64,000 bases of DNA. Source: Macrostomum hystrix (lineage: Eukaryota > Animalia > Platyhelminthes). The notes under the pieces were generated by a model that saw only the letters and a list, made by a program, of their open reading frames with translations, ran no database searches and had not been told where the DNA came from. Made by a program: the position numbers and the translations under genes. Location of the stretch: contig CATNEN010000012.1 in NCBI GenBank assembly GCA_950097015.1, positions 1,674,001 to 1,738,000 on the forward strand, read 5' to 3'. Below, piece by piece: positions 47,596 to 59,632 of the stretch (its first letter is position 1; every line of letters starts with the position of its first letter).

Positions 47596-50500
47596 TCAGT
47601 CAGAGACGCCGTAGCACATCCGAGTCCTGGTGCCGGGCTGGGCCCTGAGACCGCGGTAGATCATCCGGCAGCGATGCCCGGAGAGGCGCGGCTCCGCCTC
47701 GGTCGGGTCCCAGCTAGTCTGGCTGCTCCAGAGTCGCTCGGCCACAGCCGAAGCTCTCGGCCAGAGCTGGGTAACCGCGTTGCTGGCGTCCACGTATTCG
47801 CCCCAGAGGCAAGCCTCGCCGCCGATGACGCGGGACTTCTGCGCCGGAGTGCCGGGAAAGTCCAACGGCTCGCAGGCGTAGAAATCTGTCCAGTCGTTCA
47901 TCTTTATGTAGTCCAGGTACCAGCAGGAGGATAGCAGGGCCGGGTAGCCGCTGCTAGTCACCTGAACCAAAGGTGTGTGGGAAAGAGTATGGGATTGGGT
48001 GTGGGATGCTGTACGCGATGGGGTATGGGGTTGTGCGTAGGATTATGTATGGGATGGAGTGTGGGATGATGAATTGGATGAAGAGTGGGATTATGTATGG
48101 GATGAAGTGTGGGGTTATGAATGGGATGAAGTGTCGGATTATGAATGGGATGAAGTGTGGGATTATGTATGGGATGTAGTGTGGGATTATGTATGGGATG
48201 AAGTGTCGGATTATGAATGGGATGAAGTGTGGGATTATGGATGGTATGAAGTGTCGGATTATGGATGGGATGAAGTGTGGGATTATGTATGGTATGAAGT
48301 GTCGGATTATGAATGGGATGAAGTGTCGGATTATGAATGGGATAAAGTGTCGGATTATGGATGGGATGTAGTGTGGGATTATGAATGGGATGAAGTGTCG
48401 GATTATGTATGGGATGGAGTGTGGGATTATGTATGGGATGAAGTGTCGGATTATGGATGGGATGTAGTGTGGGATTATGGATGGGATGTAGTGTGGGATT
48501 ATGTATGGGATGAAGTGTCGGATTATGTATGGGATGAAGTGTGGGATTATGAATGGGATGAAGTGTCGGATTATGGATGGGATGGAGTGTGGGATTATGG
48601 ATGGGATGAAGTGTCGGATTATGGATGGGATGTAGTGTGGGATTATGTATGGGATGAAGTGTCGGATTATGTATGGGATGAAGTGTGGGATTATGAATGG
48701 GATGAAGTGTCGGATTATGGATGGGATGAAGCGTGGGATTATGTATGGGATGGAGTGTGGGATTATGGATGGGATGTAGTGTGGGATTATGTATGGGATG
48801 AAGTGTCGGATTATGTATGGGATGAAGTGTGGGATTATGTATGGGATGGAGTGTGGGATTATGTAGGGAATAGTGTGGGATGGAGTGTGGGATGGAGTGG
48901 GGGATTTCGCTGCATTTGTCATTCGACACGCGGGAACTAAATGATCACCTTGGCCATCTCTTCCTGCCAGCCGCCTTTCCACACGTGAACGATGGTGCCA
49001 CTGGGTAGCGTCACCTGATTATCCAGCAGCTCCTGCCAGACAACGGCGCTGCTCTTGCCGCCGGCAGTGGCGATGCCAATGAGGCGGTTAGCGTAGTACT
49101 CCTCCAGCAGGGAGTAGTTCTGACCGAAACCCTTCTGCTTCATGAAGCTGCTGACGCTCGGATTGGATTTCCAACAGTCGAAGGATACCTCGTCACCGCC
49201 CAGGTGTCGATAGGTGTCGGGGAACACGACTGACAGCTCGGATAGCAGCGAGGCCAGGAAGGGATAATTAGCCTCGTTGGTGGGATCAATCTGTGGGATT
49301 TGGCGAGAGCCACCAGATCATTAGCTGCAGATATCAGTCAAGCAATAAAGATTCTGATCATTCAGGCTACGGAAAATGAATATGGCTATACTGAATTGAT
49401 CCAGATGTACAGCCAGCGAAATCGCATGGTGCTTCCAATGGCTTTGTACGACTGTTCAGTCCGTGGACTCTGAATTGAGTCCGCCAATATCAACTAAGTT
49501 AATCAGGATCGTGATTAAAAGATTAATCCCCCGTGGACTAGGGATTCAGTCCGTGGATTAGGGATTCAGTCCGTGGATTAGGGATTCAGTCCGTGGACTA
49601 GGGGTTCAGTCCGTGGACTAGGGATTCAGTCCGTGGACTAGGGATTCAGTCCGTGGATGAGGGATTCAGTCCATGGACCAGGAATTCAGTCCATGGACTA
49701 GGGATTCAGTCCATGGATTAGGGATTCAGTCCATGGATTAGGGACTCAGTCCATGGACTAGGGATTAAGTCTGTGGACTAGGGATTCAGTCCATGGATTA
49801 GGGATTCAGTCCATGGACTAGGGATTCAGTCCGTGGACTAGGGATTCAGTCCGTGGACTAGGGATTCAGTCCGTGGACTAGGGATTCAGTCCGTGGACTA
49901 GGGATTCATTCCGTGGATTAGGGATTCAGTCCGTGGACTAGGGGTTCAGTCCATGGACTAGGAGTTTCAGTCTGTGGATTAGGGATTCAGTCCGTGGATT
50001 AGGGACTCAGTCCATGGACTAGGGATTAAGTCCGTGGACTATGGATTCAGTCCATGGATTAGGGATTCAGTCCATGGACTAGGGATTCAGTCTGTGGATT
50101 AGGGATTCAGTCCATGGACTAGGAGATTCAGTCCGTGGATTAGGGATTCAGTCCATGGACTAGGAGATTCAGTCTGTGGATTAGGGATTCAATCCGTGGA
50201 CTAGGAGATTCAGTCCGTGGACTGTGGATTCAGTCCGTGGACTGGGGATTCATTCCGCCATAATCACCTAAATTTATACTCCAGCTGATCCTTAGGGCTG
50301 AGAATCGAACTCCCGACCTCTCGGTTAGAATCCCGAAGCCCAAACCACTAGGCTGAAGTCATCAAGCCGTGCTGCTCACCGGTCCAAAACTGCCGTCAGG
50401 CTGGCCATCGCTGTAGCAGGGCGTGAGCAAGCCAGGTTGGCCAAGGCCCCATGACTGGGTGTGGCCGGGCGTGTCAAATTCGGGCACAACGCGAATGCCC

Positions 50501-53500
50501 CGCCGCCTGGCGTATTCGATAACATCGGCGACATTCTGCTGGCTGTAGACGTGGCGACCGCTGAAGGCACCCTGGGGGGTTGAAAGGGCAAGCAGCTGGT
50601 GGCCTGATATGAAATATGTATAAAACTGATATCAGATTAACGAGACTTACACAGACTAACATTGGATTAACGGAACAAAACTTAAATGAAACTGAGGTTA
50701 AAGTTAGAAAAACGGACTGATAGAGGATTACCGGAACTGAGAAACAAAAAATTTACTTGAAAATAGATCAACGAAACTCAGAAAGAAATTATCGAACTTA
50801 TGACAGATTAATTGAACCGAGAAACTTTTAATTTAACTGAAAATATATTAGTGGGACTGAGAAACTAAGTATTTCAGAATAGATTATTGGAAATATACTA
50901 ACGAAACTTAAAATAGATTAACGGAACTAAGAATAGAATAACGGAACTGGGAATGTATTAACGGAACTTAAAATAGATTAACGGAACTAAGAATAGAATA
51001 ACGGAACTTAAAATAGATTAACCGAACTAAGAATAGAATAACGGAACTGGGTATTTATTAACGAAACTTAAAATAGATTAACGGAACTAAGAATAGAATA
51101 ACGGAACTGGGAATGTATTAACGGAACTTAAACTAGATTAACGGAACTATGAGTTTTTTAACGGAACTAGGAGTTTTATTAACGGAACTGGGTGTTTATT
51201 AACGAAACTTAAAATACATTAACGGAACTAAGAATAGAATAACGGAACTCAAAATAGATTAACGGAACTAAGAATAGAATAACGGAACTGGGAATGTATT
51301 AACGGAACTTAAAATAGATTAACGGAACTAGGAGTTTTTTTAACGGAACTGGGTGTTTATTAACGAAACTGAAAATACATTAACGGAACTAAGAATAGAA
51401 TAACGGAACTGGGAATGAATTACCGGAACTTAAAATAGATTAACCGAACTAAGAATAGAATAACGGAACTGGGTATTTATTAACGAAACTTAAAATAGAT
51501 TAACGGAACTAAGAATAGAATAACGGAACTGGGAATGTATTAACGGAACTTAAACTAGATTAACGGAACTATGAGTTTTTTAACGGAACTAGGAGTTTTA
51601 TTAACGGAACTGGGTGTTTATTAACGAAACTTAAAATACATTAACGGAACTAAGAATAGAATAACGGAACTCAAAATAGATTAACGGAACTAAGAATAGA
51701 ATAACGGAACTGGGAATGTATTAACGGAACTTAAAATAGATTAACGGAACTAGGAGTTTTTTTAACGGAACTGGGTGTTTATTAACGAAACTGAAAATAC
51801 ATTAACGGAACTAAGAATAGAATAACGGAACTGGGAATGAATTACCGGAACTTAAAATAGATTAACGGAACTAAGAATAGAATAACGGAACTTAAAATAG
51901 ATTAACGGAACTAAGAATAGAATAACGGAACTGGGAATGTATTTACGGAACTTAAAATAGATTAACGGAACTAGGAGTTTTTTTAACGGAACTGGGTGTT
52001 TATTAACGAAACTGAAAATACATTAACGGAACTAAGAATAGAATAACGGAACTGGGAATGAATTACCGGAACTTAAAATAGATTAACGGAACTAAGAATA
52101 GAATAACGGAACTTAAAATAGATTAACGGAACTAAGAATAGAATAACGGAACTGGGAATGTATTTACGGAACTTAAAATAGATTAACGGAACTATGAGTT
52201 TTTTTAACGGAACTAGGAGTTTTTTTAACGGAACTGGGTGTTTATTAACGAAACTTAAAATAGATTAACGGAACTAAGAATAGAATAACGGAACTGGGAA
52301 TGAATTACCGGAACTTAAAATAGATTAACGGAACTAAGAATAGAATAACGGAACTGGGAATGTATTAACGGAACTTAAAATAGATTAACGGAACTAGGAG
52401 TTTTTTTACAGAACTGGGTGTTTATTAACGAAACTTAAAATAGATTAACGGAACTAAGAATAGAATAACGGAACTGGGAATGAATTACCGGAACTTAAAA
52501 TAGATTAACGGAACTAAGAATAGAATAACGGAACTGGGTATTTATTAACGAAACTTTAAATAGATTAACGGAACTAAGAATAGAATAACGGAACTGGAAT
52601 AACGGAACTGGGTATTTATAAACGAAACTTTAAATAGATTAACGGAACTAAGAATAGAATAACGGAACTGGGAATGTATTAACGGAACTTAAAATAGATT
52701 AACGGAACTAGGAGTTTTTTTAACGGAACTAGGAGTTTTATTAACGGAACTGGGTGTTTATTAACGAAACTTAAAATACATTAACGGAACTAAGAATAGA
52801 ATAACGGAACTTAAAATAGATTAACGGAACTAAGAATAGAATAACGGAACTGAGAAAAGATTAACTGATCTGAAAATAGATAAAGAATTACCTTGTCGCT
52901 GAGATCAGGAAAAGTATAGCTCTGATAAGGAAACGACTCGTCGTCGACAATGTGCCAGTGAAAGACATTCATCTTATTGTAGGCCATGCCATCCTGGGTT
53001 AATTGAAGCCAGGTAATTTGGTTAGCCTAATTAACAATCGCAAAAAATAGCTGATATTTCATAGCAGCCAGTCTAACCAGGTTCTTCAGGATGCTGCCAA
53101 CTGGTAGAAAGTGGCGCGATGAGTCCAGCAGGATGCCGCGGTGAGCAAACCTGGGCCGGTCCACCACCTGAGTCTCATTTAATCGCAATGTGCCGTCAGG
53201 ATATCGCGATATGAGCTGGCTGAAGGTCTCCAGGCCGTACAGGGCACCCCAGGGCTCCCAGGAGGTGATGTTGACCTGACTGCCGATGACGCTGATGTTG
53301 TCTGGGTACAGGGTGAGGAGCGATTTGCAGGTGCTAATCTGCACCGATGGATTGCTAATCTATACTCACCGATTGCTAATCTATACCGATGGATTGCTAA
53401 TCTATACCAATGGGTTGCTAATCTATCCTGATGTATTGCTAATCTATACCGATGGATTGCTAATCTATACCGATGGATTTCTAATCTATACCAATGGGTT

Positions 53501-54087
53501 GCTAATCTATCCTGATGTATTGCTAATCTATACCGATGGATTGCTAATCTATACCAATGGGTTGCTAATCTATCCTGATGGATTGCTAATCTATACCAAA
53601 AAGTGCAAAAGATCCTCCTACAGGACTCGTCCATGCCCACGCTCGGCAGGAGCCGCCGACCACCAGTTTCGTTGCACGTCCGGCGCACGGTGACGCTGAC
53701 GAGGCTGATGGCTTCAGGCGAGTCAGCAGGCTCCATGGCAAGCATCTGCATGCTGGCTACAAAAGCTGACTGTAATGGCCGACGCACACCGTCCAAAGCC
53801 AACAGGGACTCCTGGCGAATATCTTGCACCGCTTTACTGCCGCTCGGCATCTGCCACAGAGATGACGTCAGCACGGACTTGCGGGCCCTCACGATGGCGT
53901 CCTGGACCAGCAGACAGGCCGGCTGATTCAAAGAGTATTTCGTGTCGCTAGTGTAGACAAGTTGGCGCGGTCTTGAGGCCAGCATCAACGGCTTCGGCCA
54001 GACGGTGCCAGTGCCGACGTCGGCTAGGACGGTCGGTGAAGTCAGCGCGCAGGCCAGGGCCAGCAGTAGCGGCGGAAGATTCTTCAT
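47596..54087 (-). CDS. HEXB: Beta-hexosaminidase (GH20; HEXA/HEXB-like), 563 aa
   Basis: Exons 53622-54087, 53078-53301, 52892-52993, 50380-50571, 48949-49290, 47596-47961 (1692 nt). Signal peptide, [40 protein letters not shown], catalytic [32 protein letters not shown] versus HEXB orthology cannot be resolved. Confidence 0.96.
47995..48900. repeat. 24-bp minisatellite (GGGATGAAGTGTGGGATTATGTAT) filling hexosaminidase intron 5
   Basis: Direct reading. Confidence 0.96.
49402..50356 (-). mobile_element. SINE family 2 copy carrying an internally expanded 20-bp minisatellite
   Basis: Minus-strand tRNA-like head AGCCTAGTGGTT...GGGAGTTCGATTCTC (~50297-50354); shared end CAGATGTACAGCC at 49402-49414. 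The array lies between them. Confidence 0.62.
49530..50245. repeat. 20-bp minisatellite (TCAGTCCGTGGACTAGGGAT), ~35 copies
   Basis: Direct reading; each unit contains the (near-)palindrome AGTCC(A/G)TGGACT. Confidence 0.96.
50880..52855. repeat. AT-rich ~20-bp array with TAACGGAACT core and higher-order structure, hexosaminidase intron 3
   Basis: Direct reading; variant blocks recur at ~422 bp (AAACTAGATT ~51131/51553). Confidence 0.94.
53330..53598. repeat. 21-bp repeat (GATTGCTAATCTATACCGATG) filling hexosaminidase intron 1
   Basis: Direct reading. Confidence 0.93.
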
Positions 54088-54144
54088 GCTTTGTGAAGAC
54101 TTGCAGAGGAGAGGCTGGAGAAGGAAGGCTAACCAGTCTTGTTA

Positions 54145-54527
54145 GCTAGCCAATGAGAGGCGAGTGAGATAAAAAATATTGGGGTGGGCTGATTAGTCTA
54201 CCAATCAGAGGCAAGGGCAAAATAAGAGCGAGGTTTGATGTTTTACCAGCCAATCAGAGCTGAGTGTAAAAAAAGTGGAGTGAGCTGGGCCAGATAATTC
54301 GAGGCAAGACTACTGAGGTGAAAAGATGTTTCTCTACCAGCCAATCAGAGCTGAGTGTAAAAAAAGTGGAGCGAGCTGGGCCAGATAATTCGAGGCAAGA
54401 CTACTGAGCTGAAAATAAGTTTCTCTACCAGCCAATCAGAGCTGAGTGTAAAAAAGCGGAGTGAGCTGGGCCAGATAATTCGAGGCAAGACTACTGAGGT
54501 GAAAAGATGTTTCTCTACCAGCCAATC
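54145..54527. promoter_or_regulatory. CCAAT-box cluster upstream of hexosaminidase, including a ~91-bp x3 tandem repeat
   Basis: AGCCAATG (~54148), ACCAATCA (~54200) and CCAGCCAATCA starting each repeat unit (~54246, 54337, 54428, 54518), within 450 bp of the ATG. Confidence 0.55.
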
Positions 54528-54994
54528 AAAGAGCGTATTTCACATATTTCTCTATATGAAATAAGGCTCGACTAAAAATAAAATGAATCGGTTTTGAACA
54601 TATTACTAAACTTTTAGTCTTAAGCCTGTAATAAAATAGCTAGGATTCAGTTTGATATCGAGCTATAGTGCTGCTATAATGCAGAACTGGGACAGTAGTT
54701 AAACAGAAGCTTTAATATCACCACCGAGAAACTCTAGCAGTCTGCAGATCCTAGGCAACAGCTCCTAGTAGATTGGTGTGTGGAAAGTAAAACCCAGGAA
54801 TTAGCTTGCTGATAAGGCTAAACGCAGACAGGAAACCTGCAGATCGAATAACTGATAGATAGAGAGAGGGAGGGAGAGAGTTCGACAGAGACCTATACAA
54901 GTGAAAATTTAGGCTAGTAACAAAATAAACAGTGCCAAGAAATTCACAGCAGTAGTTATTCAAATACAAGCGTAGAAAGATAGACTGCCACAGT

Positions 54995-55090
54995 TCAGCC
55001 AGTGGCACAGCCGCAGCTATTGCGCAGCGCTTTCAAAGCCTGTGTACAGCTGTTCAGTCCGTGGACTGGCAGGCCGTCACATCCACCAGC
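54995..55090 (-). mobile_element. SINE family 2 fragment
   Basis: GCACAGCCGCAGCTATTGCGC..AAGCCTGTGTACAGCTGTTCAGTCCGTGGACTGG closely matches ~19771-19832. Confidence 0.65.
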
Positions 55091-55470
55091 CAGCACTTGC
55101 TACATAAATCTAAAATGAGACTCAAATGAGCTGATAATTCGATATTGTAAATAGCAATGAGATAATATTAAACTAGTTAGCAAAAAGGAGTGTATGCAGA
55201 AGTAATGCAGAATTATATATGAATATATAGGGGCTGGGTATTGTTGCAGACAAAAAAAGTTTTGTCTAAAACAAACGAATAATTTGATAAATAAATATGT
55301 CAATATTGCACCAACGCCAATCAGAGAATGACTTTCAATACCGAGAACTATATAATAAAAAGTCAGCAGACAACATCCACTAATCAATCACCATAGCATA
55401 CTAATACGAGTATCTATAATTAACGAATTATTGTAGTGATTAAAAAAGTAACGATTATTTGATCGACGGT

Positions 55471-55935
55471 TCAAACAAAATGTCCGGCCGCCTCGTCCGC
55501 AATGCCCGCCAGCTGAATGTCGAAATTGGATAGGCCAGAGCAGTCGTGAGTTGTCAGGGTGACGTCGACCCGATTGTACACGTTGAACCACTCCGGGTGG
55601 TGGCCCATGCGCTCGGCGTTTAGGGCCACATAAGACATGAAAGAGAAGGCCTGGCGGGTGGGAGGCAGGGAGATTGGAGCGGGTGGTATTGCTGGAAATA
55701 GTACAGTCAATTATACTAAATGAAAAGCAATATTCTGTACTTCAAGTATTGTTCTAAGATGGCTAGGTAATTAAAATTAGAAATGCAGAACATTGCTTTA
55801 GGTAAATGTTACCTGTTGAAAATTTTCAAATTTGTACGACTTGCGTATTGCATCTCGACCTTCTGTGATTTCCCAGCCACGAGAGAGCACAGGTGCCAGC
55901 AGCAAAGGCCGCTGCTCCTCTAACAGCTTGGAAGC
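55471..55935 (-). CDS. PCBD: Pterin-4-alpha-carbinolamine dehydratase (DCoH); first exon unresolved
   Basis: Exons 55813-55935 (..[22 protein letters not shown]) and 55471-55650 ([41 protein letters not shown]), joined in phase 0. Candidate ATG|GT first exons near 58275-58277 or 58381-58383 are unverified. Confidence 0.93.
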
Positions 55936-57833
55936 CTGGAAGTTTGACATTTATGGTGTAAAGAAAATTGTCACTTGACTTGGTAAATATTGAAAAGCAT
56001 TAGAAATTCAGCAATATCTGTAACACGGGTGTATATAAATGTTCAAAAGGATATGTTTAGACTTTATCATATCTAAATGAATATCTGTTTTTTAACTATG
56101 AATGTTGACTAGCAATATAGTCACGAATTTTATCCTCAATACTGTTTTAAAAGATTGCTCATAAGATAAAAAACTAATTGTTAAAATATATAGCTAAACC
56201 AAATACTAATAAATGCAAATATATGTAGTTATAAGTATTGACAAGGTTTAATAGCAAACAAAAACATCAGACAGAGAATATTGACTCAGTTATTTTTACA
56301 ATCCAATTTTATATCTAAACTACATATACTTCTCACTAAAAATTGCTAATTGAAGTATAATAGCTATAGCACATATGAAAAAGTTATTAAACACTTATCC
56401 AAAAAACTAAGAGTATGCATATTTTGGTTGCTAGATGAAATAAAAATATGATTTAAACGCGTTTTCTGTTACTTACTATTGCTTACAACTAGCTTTTACA
56501 CTTTGGACTAGAATCTTCACAAAATCAAGCGTTTGTTTCTAGAAAGTGTCTTCTTTTAATCATGCGCGCAACATGTGTAAGAAAAATATTCTGAACTTGA
56601 TAAAGGCTATAAAATGTACCAAAAGAACTAATTTATGCTCCTGGAATTAGCTGTGCAAAAATAATAACTTAACCTAAGTATATCAAAAGAAAAGTAAAGC
56701 TAAATATAGTAAATACATTGTCATTAACATGACATAAAAGTCAAGAGACAAGAAATGACTAGCAACTCTAAATACGCTATGCATATGATTGCTTAAGTTT
56801 TTTATTAAATACTTTTAAAGCTTCAAGTACTATTATTGCAATAAACAAAAATGTCGTTGCTCTATTCATCAGAACTATTGAATCTGTCAAAGAAGGTTCA
56901 GCTTCATGCGCAAATAATATTTTTTGTCGATTATTCTTAGGTTCTTTGAGAATATTCGTGCATGTTCCTAGAAAATTATACTTTTAAATAAAAATGCTAA
57001 GTATATCTGCTCAGTTAAGATTAATGATGAAATTAACTTTAATTTTTTGTCTTCTTGTACTTTTGAATTGGTAAGCTGTATCTTCTAGTAAATATTTCTA
57101 TGCTGCATGGTAATCCTTTGTTTTAATTTTGCAAACCGTTAGAAAGATTTACATCGAGCCGTGAGCCCTTTCGCTTGTAATTTGTGTAAGGAATAAAGGA
57201 GAGCTCCACCAGAAAAGAATTGATAGTATTTTTCTTCAACTATAAATCCAAAAATTAGAAATACAGAAAAATATTTACTACAGTAAATGTAGTTTAAGTA
57301 GTCCCTGTATGTACGTTGGTATTTTGAATTTATGGAATGCCAAACTTAATGAGAGATGATTAAAAGTTTTGTGCATCAATTTTTTATGGTGACAGTACCG
57401 CCTAGATCGGAAAGCATCTTTAGAGAAAAGAAAACCTCGTACTTAGTCTACATCTTGTCTACATAATTTAATTTTCCGTGAATAATATTTTGTTGTCCAT
57501 TTTTCCTATGTTGCCGAGTTGCATGTACGAGTACATCACTTAGAGCGTAAATGAATATGCAATATAAAAGAAAGATTGGCATTTGATTAGTAAGTCCGAT
57601 TTGTTTTGTATTGCAAATATTAGGAATTGGGTTTCCGGTTCGGTTAGGGTTTCCGGTTCGGTTAGGGCTTATGGTTCGGGTAGGCTATAAGCATCGGTTG
57701 GGTTGCATGTGCTACCCACATGAAACCCGGAAATTCTTATACACTTACATAGATAGACTGAAATTGCACGCCTAACCCAAGGTCTACTAAAGCTAACTAC
57801 AATTAAGTGGTCCTTGGCCTAACCAAGTAGGGC

Positions 57834-58035
57834 CAGATGTACAGCTTGACGTGGCACAGTCGCAGCCTTTCAAGTCTCTGGACTAGGGGCCACTGCACCC
57901 CCTAAATTTCAACTCCAGCTTAATGTTATTTTCAATTTCACAACTGAAGCAATGAGTAATTATACAAAAATGATACTGAGTCTTTTATTTAGTCTGAGAT
58001 TCGAACTCCCGATCTCTCGGATAGAAGTTCGAATC
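57834..58035 (-). mobile_element. SINE family 2 copy (diverged)
   Basis: CAGATGTACAGC end (57834), GGACTAGGGG body, minus-strand tRNA-like GATCGGGAGTTCGAATCT near 57998-58015. Confidence 0.55.
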
Positions 58036-58619
58036 CACGGGGCAACAATCTCTCTTTTGCGTTTACTACTGGGGTCAATTATTATTCATTCAAGTGTTTT
58101 GCAGGCCCTATTAAACAGCTCTAGGATTTGAACTTCTTTAAGAAAATTATCTCGAAGACGTTCAACAGCAGGCAGGTCTGGCCGCGAAACTCTGTAGGCC
58201 CAGGTGTTTGAGTGGCGCTCAGTTAATTGGCACAGACTACTTCATCAACAAGACGTTTCGCCAGGCGCTCGCACCATGCGGAAGTAAGACTGATGACCTG
58301 ATTGACAGCCAGTAGTGCCGGGTTTGAATGAAACTTCGGCTACAGAATGATTTAATTAGTTAACCGGGCGATTGCTTAACCATGTACAGTAGTTAAGATA
58401 AATAATAAACAAATTAAACCTCCTAGATCAAGAGAATCCGGGAGATTTTTTTCGCCTAGACGATATATTTTGCTTAGAGTTTCGAGCCCCGATGCCCCTA
58501 AACGAAAGGTCAGTTAGTTCGAAGCTCTGCCCTGTGGGAGAAAATTCACAGGTCAGGGCCCCCGACCGACCACTCGAGTCCGGCTCCGCGGATCTGTCTA
58601 TTTGCTTAGCCCTGCAGAG

Positions 58620-58812
58620 ACCGCTGATTGGCTGGCTTGCAAGTCCTGTGAGGCTTAGCCCACTCCTTCTAGCTCCGCGCTGATTGGCTGGCTGGCAGCC
58701 CCTCGTCTCTCTCTCCCCTCTTTTCTCTCAGCTGTACGTGTTATGTCCGGTCGTGCCAGTCCAGCGAGGCTTAGCCCACCCCCTTGTACCTCCGCGCTGA
58801 TTGGCTGGAATA
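58620..58812. promoter_or_regulatory. Three ATTGG (CCAAT) boxes in duplicated modules between the divergent PCBD and GPCR genes
   Basis: CTGATTGGCTGG at ~58624, ~58680, ~58797; GAGGCTTAGCCCAC precedes the last two. Confidence 0.4.
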
Positions 58813-59632
58813 AGCCGTCGCCCTTGCCTAACTTTTCTGTCCCCCGCCCCACCTCCTTGAATCTAATAAGGCTTGCATCTAATCTGTTATTCCACAGCCC
58901 AAGAAGTGACTACAAACGCCAAGTGTCGCCGACTCATTTTTCAGTCATGCTCCCAACCAGAGCAGCTTCTTCCTTGTCCAGAACAAAGCGGAAAGTCTAG
59001 TCTAAACCGCTTAACTCCCTGACTCTCTCGCCGTGGAATCGAGCCCAGGGACCTTGGTGCGAGAGGCAAACGCGTTAGAACGCTCTTCCGCTCACACCCT
59101 TGTGGGATGTAAATAAGGATTAAAGAATATCTTTGCTTTGGGAGTTTGGTTCGAAGCTTTGCACAGGGACACTTGACGGGCTTCGGTGTGCGGTAGTGCG
59201 TCATTACTACAGTCAGTCCCATCCTGAATTTCTGCAGTGCCACTAAAGCCCTGATCAATTTGTTTTGTCTATACAGTTTGCGCATCTTTGCAAATTCCTT
59301 AGATCGAGCTGCTAAAGCCTTCCGTCCTTCCTTCCTTCCTTCCTTCCGAGCAAATTTCGCTAATTAAAATCTTTATCGCACCTGCGTTATCTTTGATTGG
59401 ACAATTTTAGTCAGATTTTTGTGAATTGACTCAAATAGGATAATCAAAAAATGAGACTTTTCCCATCGCTGATTCTTCCCTCCTCTTCTGCGAGTCGACC
59501 TGACATTGGACACTCGCCTCCGAACACACCTGCAACTCGGCTTTTAAGCCCTGAGCACACATATTGAGTAGGCTAAGCCTATCGCCGTAGCATTTTTTAT
59601 CGGCGGGCAAAGAAGAGCCAAGAGAAAAAAGC

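Noticed and set aside
57628-57690. TTAGGG-containing short duplication (interstitial telomere?)
   Set aside because: Only two TTAGGG motifs, embedded in an 18-bp duplication; not a telomeric tract.
58830-59630. Short ORFs (58941-59285, 59431-59676) upstream of the GPCR
   Set aside because: No motifs and non-ATG or weak starts; element identity cannot be established from the sequence.
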